Source: a virus (Duplodnaviria > Caudoviricetes). From it: a DNA stretch of 64,000 bases. Below, one piece after another: positions 62,481-64,000 of this stretch. How positions within the stretch are numbered: position 1 is the stretch's first letter; the number at the start of each line of letters is the position of its first letter. Made by a program: the position numbers and the translations under genes. The notes under the pieces are model-generated. The model saw only the letters and a list, made by a program, of their open reading frames with translations, searched no databases and was not told where the DNA came from. Where the stretch lies: IMG/VR virus record IMGVR_UViG_2845838682_000001; one strand, written 5' to 3'.

Positions 62481-63067
62481 GACGCCTCCGCGGGGGCGGG
62501 TTCGGCGATGCCGAGGCGGCGCAGGCACACCATGAGGTGGCGGGCGTCGGCGAGCGCGTCGTGGGCGCCGGCCTCCTGGTCGGGAACGGCCGCATCAGGG
62601 CGGTGCGCCAACTCCTGCTGGAGGTCGCGCGTGAACATCGGCAGCCCTTGAGGCAGGCGGATCATCGGCCCCCAGAGCTGGGCGAGGGCGACGTGGTTGT
62701 AGGCCCCGAAGTCGGCCCACAGCTCCGGCTCACCGGCGGCGAGGAGGAACTCCCGCACCTCGTTGGCGACGACCCACCGCGGTTTCACGCGGGCGTCGGT
62801 GTGGTCGGGGCCGACGCTGTTCACCAGCGGTTTCGGCCACTGGCGCTGGCCGGTCTTCAGGTAGGCGTCCACCTGTTTGCGGCCGGTGATGGGCAGGTGC
62901 GGCACGACGTTGCGCATCAGCCAGTCGTGCTCGCGGATGCGGTCCCAGCCGGCGTCGGCGACCACGGCGTAGTACTCGCGGCCGTCCTCGCACACGATGG
63001 CGAGCGAGATCGGGTCGATGACCTTCCCGTCCTCGTGGAACTCGAAGTCGTAGGCATAGCAGGTCAT
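62477..63067 (-). CDS. DEDDh 3'-5' exoribonuclease (RNase AS/Rv2179c-like)
   Basis: YDFEF.EDG..I..IS...EDGREYYAV, ELWA..GAYNHVALAQLWGPM, HDALADARH. Confidence 0.85.
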   Translation of the reverse strand: MTCYAYDFEFHEDGKVIDPISLAIVCEDGREYYAVVADAGWDRIREHDWLMRNVVPHLPITGRKQVDAYLKTGQRQWPKPLVNSVGPDHTDARVKPRWVVANEVREFLLAAGEPELWADFGAYNHVALAQLWGPMIRLPQGLPMFTRDLQQELAHRPDAAVPDQEAGAHDALADARHLMVCLRRLGIAEPAPAEAS

Positions 63068-63071
63068 GGCG

Positions 63072-63281
63072 TTACAGGCTCCGGATGACGTTGCGGATGG
63101 GGCGCCGGTGGTCGGCGGTCGGCAGGGTGAGGTGGTCGTCGCCGCCGGGCGGGACGACGATGCTGGGGTGCCGCAGCGGGCAGGGGGCGCCGCCGCGGGT
63201 GTGGTGGGGGTAGAGCAGGTCGGCGGTGGTGAGCGCGACCGTGCGGGAGCAGTAGGGGCACGTGGTGCGGGGGCGGCGCAT
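63072..63281 (-). CDS. Small Zn-finger protein
   Basis: CPYC...H...C. Confidence 0.5.
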   Translation of the reverse strand: MRRPRTTCPYCSRTVALTTADLLYPHHTRGGAPCPLRHPSIVVPPGGDDHLTLPTADHRRPIRNVIRSL

Positions 63282-63880
63282 CAGTCCTCCTCGGTTCGGG
63301 CGACGATCTGGCGGGTGCCGCAGTGGGCGCAGGGGACCTCGACGAGACCGTCGGGCAGGTGCAGGCGGCGCGTGGACCCGAAGGTGGTGACGTCGATGGT
63401 TTCGCGGACCTGATCGAGGTCGTCGGGGGCGGGGTCGGTGTATCCCTGGGGCGGGGTGTGGTGGCCGCGTTCGTGGCAGTCCTGGCGGTCGTGCCACTGC
63501 TCCAGCTCGGCGACGCGGTGCCCCACGGAGATTCCCGGTGGCGGGGTGCGGTCGCGGTGCCACGCGCGCGCCTCCATGGCGGCCAGGCCGGCGGTTACGA
63601 GGGTGAGCCCCACCCGCAGCGGCGGGAACTCTTCGAGGATCAGAAACGGCAGGCTGGTGAGGGTGAGGACCGTAAGCACCACGGTCCCGACGGCGTGGCG
63701 GCTGAGGCGGGTCCAGCGGCGGCGGGCGTGGTCCAGGGCGGCGACCGCGGCGAGCAGCGCCAGCATGGGCACGGTGAGGATCAGGACGAGCCAGCCGTGT
63801 TCGAGGATGAGGCGCGCGTACATCGCGACCAGTCCCACGGTCGCCAGGCCCAGGACGGCGGGGAGCAGGTAGCGCTTCAT
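63281..63880 (-). CDS. Membrane protein with C-terminal Zn ribbon
   Basis: Four TM; CHERGH...CAHCG. Confidence 0.6.
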   Translation of the reverse strand: MKRYLLPAVLGLATVGLVAMYARLILEHGWLVLILTVPMLALLAAVAALDHARRRWTRLSRHAVGTVVLTVLTLTSLPFLILEEFPPLRVGLTLVTAGLAAMEARAWHRDRTPPPGISVGHRVAELEQWHDRQDCHERGHHTPPQGYTDPAPDDLDQVRETIDVTTFGSTRRLHLPDGLVEVPCAHCGTRQIVARTEED

Positions 63881-64000
63881 GCGGGGTCCTCGGTGTCGGG
63901 CAGGGCGCGCATGCCGTTGGCGAGCGCGTCGGTTCCGGGGCCGGCCCCGAGGACGTTGTCCTGCAGGTAGCGCGCGCACCGTTCGCGCTCCTGCCGGCGG

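Larger units (their letters stand above)
1..64000. mobile_element. Prophage or phage-plasmid (siphovirus morphogenesis + lysis + TraB-type conjugation module); boundaries lie outside the window
   Basis: Terminase, portal, capsid, tail tube, tape measure and endolysin/holins are present together with TraB/Spd genes. One promoter motif is shared between 10.9 kb and 52-60 kb. No housekeeping operons are seen. Confidence 0.85.

Overview
GC-rich actinobacterial DNA (Streptosporangiales/Nocardiopsis-like by gene content, inferred). The whole window looks like the interior of one large mobile element that combines a siphovirus with a Streptomyces-type conjugation module. No integrase, replication initiator or clear host core genes are visible. 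Layout: 0.2-9.4 kb (+) Spd/TraA/TraB transfer operon, a clt-like 8-bp repeat locus and three DUF6221 genes. 9.5-11.4 kb small early-type genes. 11.6-14.2 kb (+) lysis cassette. 14.2-23 kb accessory block: DUF4352 proteins, a HemC/degenerate-HemB pair, a hairpin array, an XRE regulator and an imiditide-like PIMT plus precursor peptide. 23.2-27.8 kb glycosyl/methyl/sulfo-transferase cassette. 28-49 kb (-) tail and head genes, with a PhoD domain inserted in a split tail protein and an inverted portal gene. 48.9-51.8 kb DNA-modification locus. 51.8-60.5 kb early cassettes, each behind a copy of one conserved promoter. 60.5-64 kb HTH regulator, displaced MuF-like gene and exonuclease. The most striking signal is an unannotated, non-canonical tRNA-Gly(CCC)-like gene (51157-51230, minus) 17 bp upstream of a degenerate-methyltransferase/GNAT-like fusion and a ParB-like gene, running straight into the terminase. 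This suggests an element-encoded, tRNA-supplied DNA hypermodification system. Family assignments come from motif recognition by eye, not database searches.
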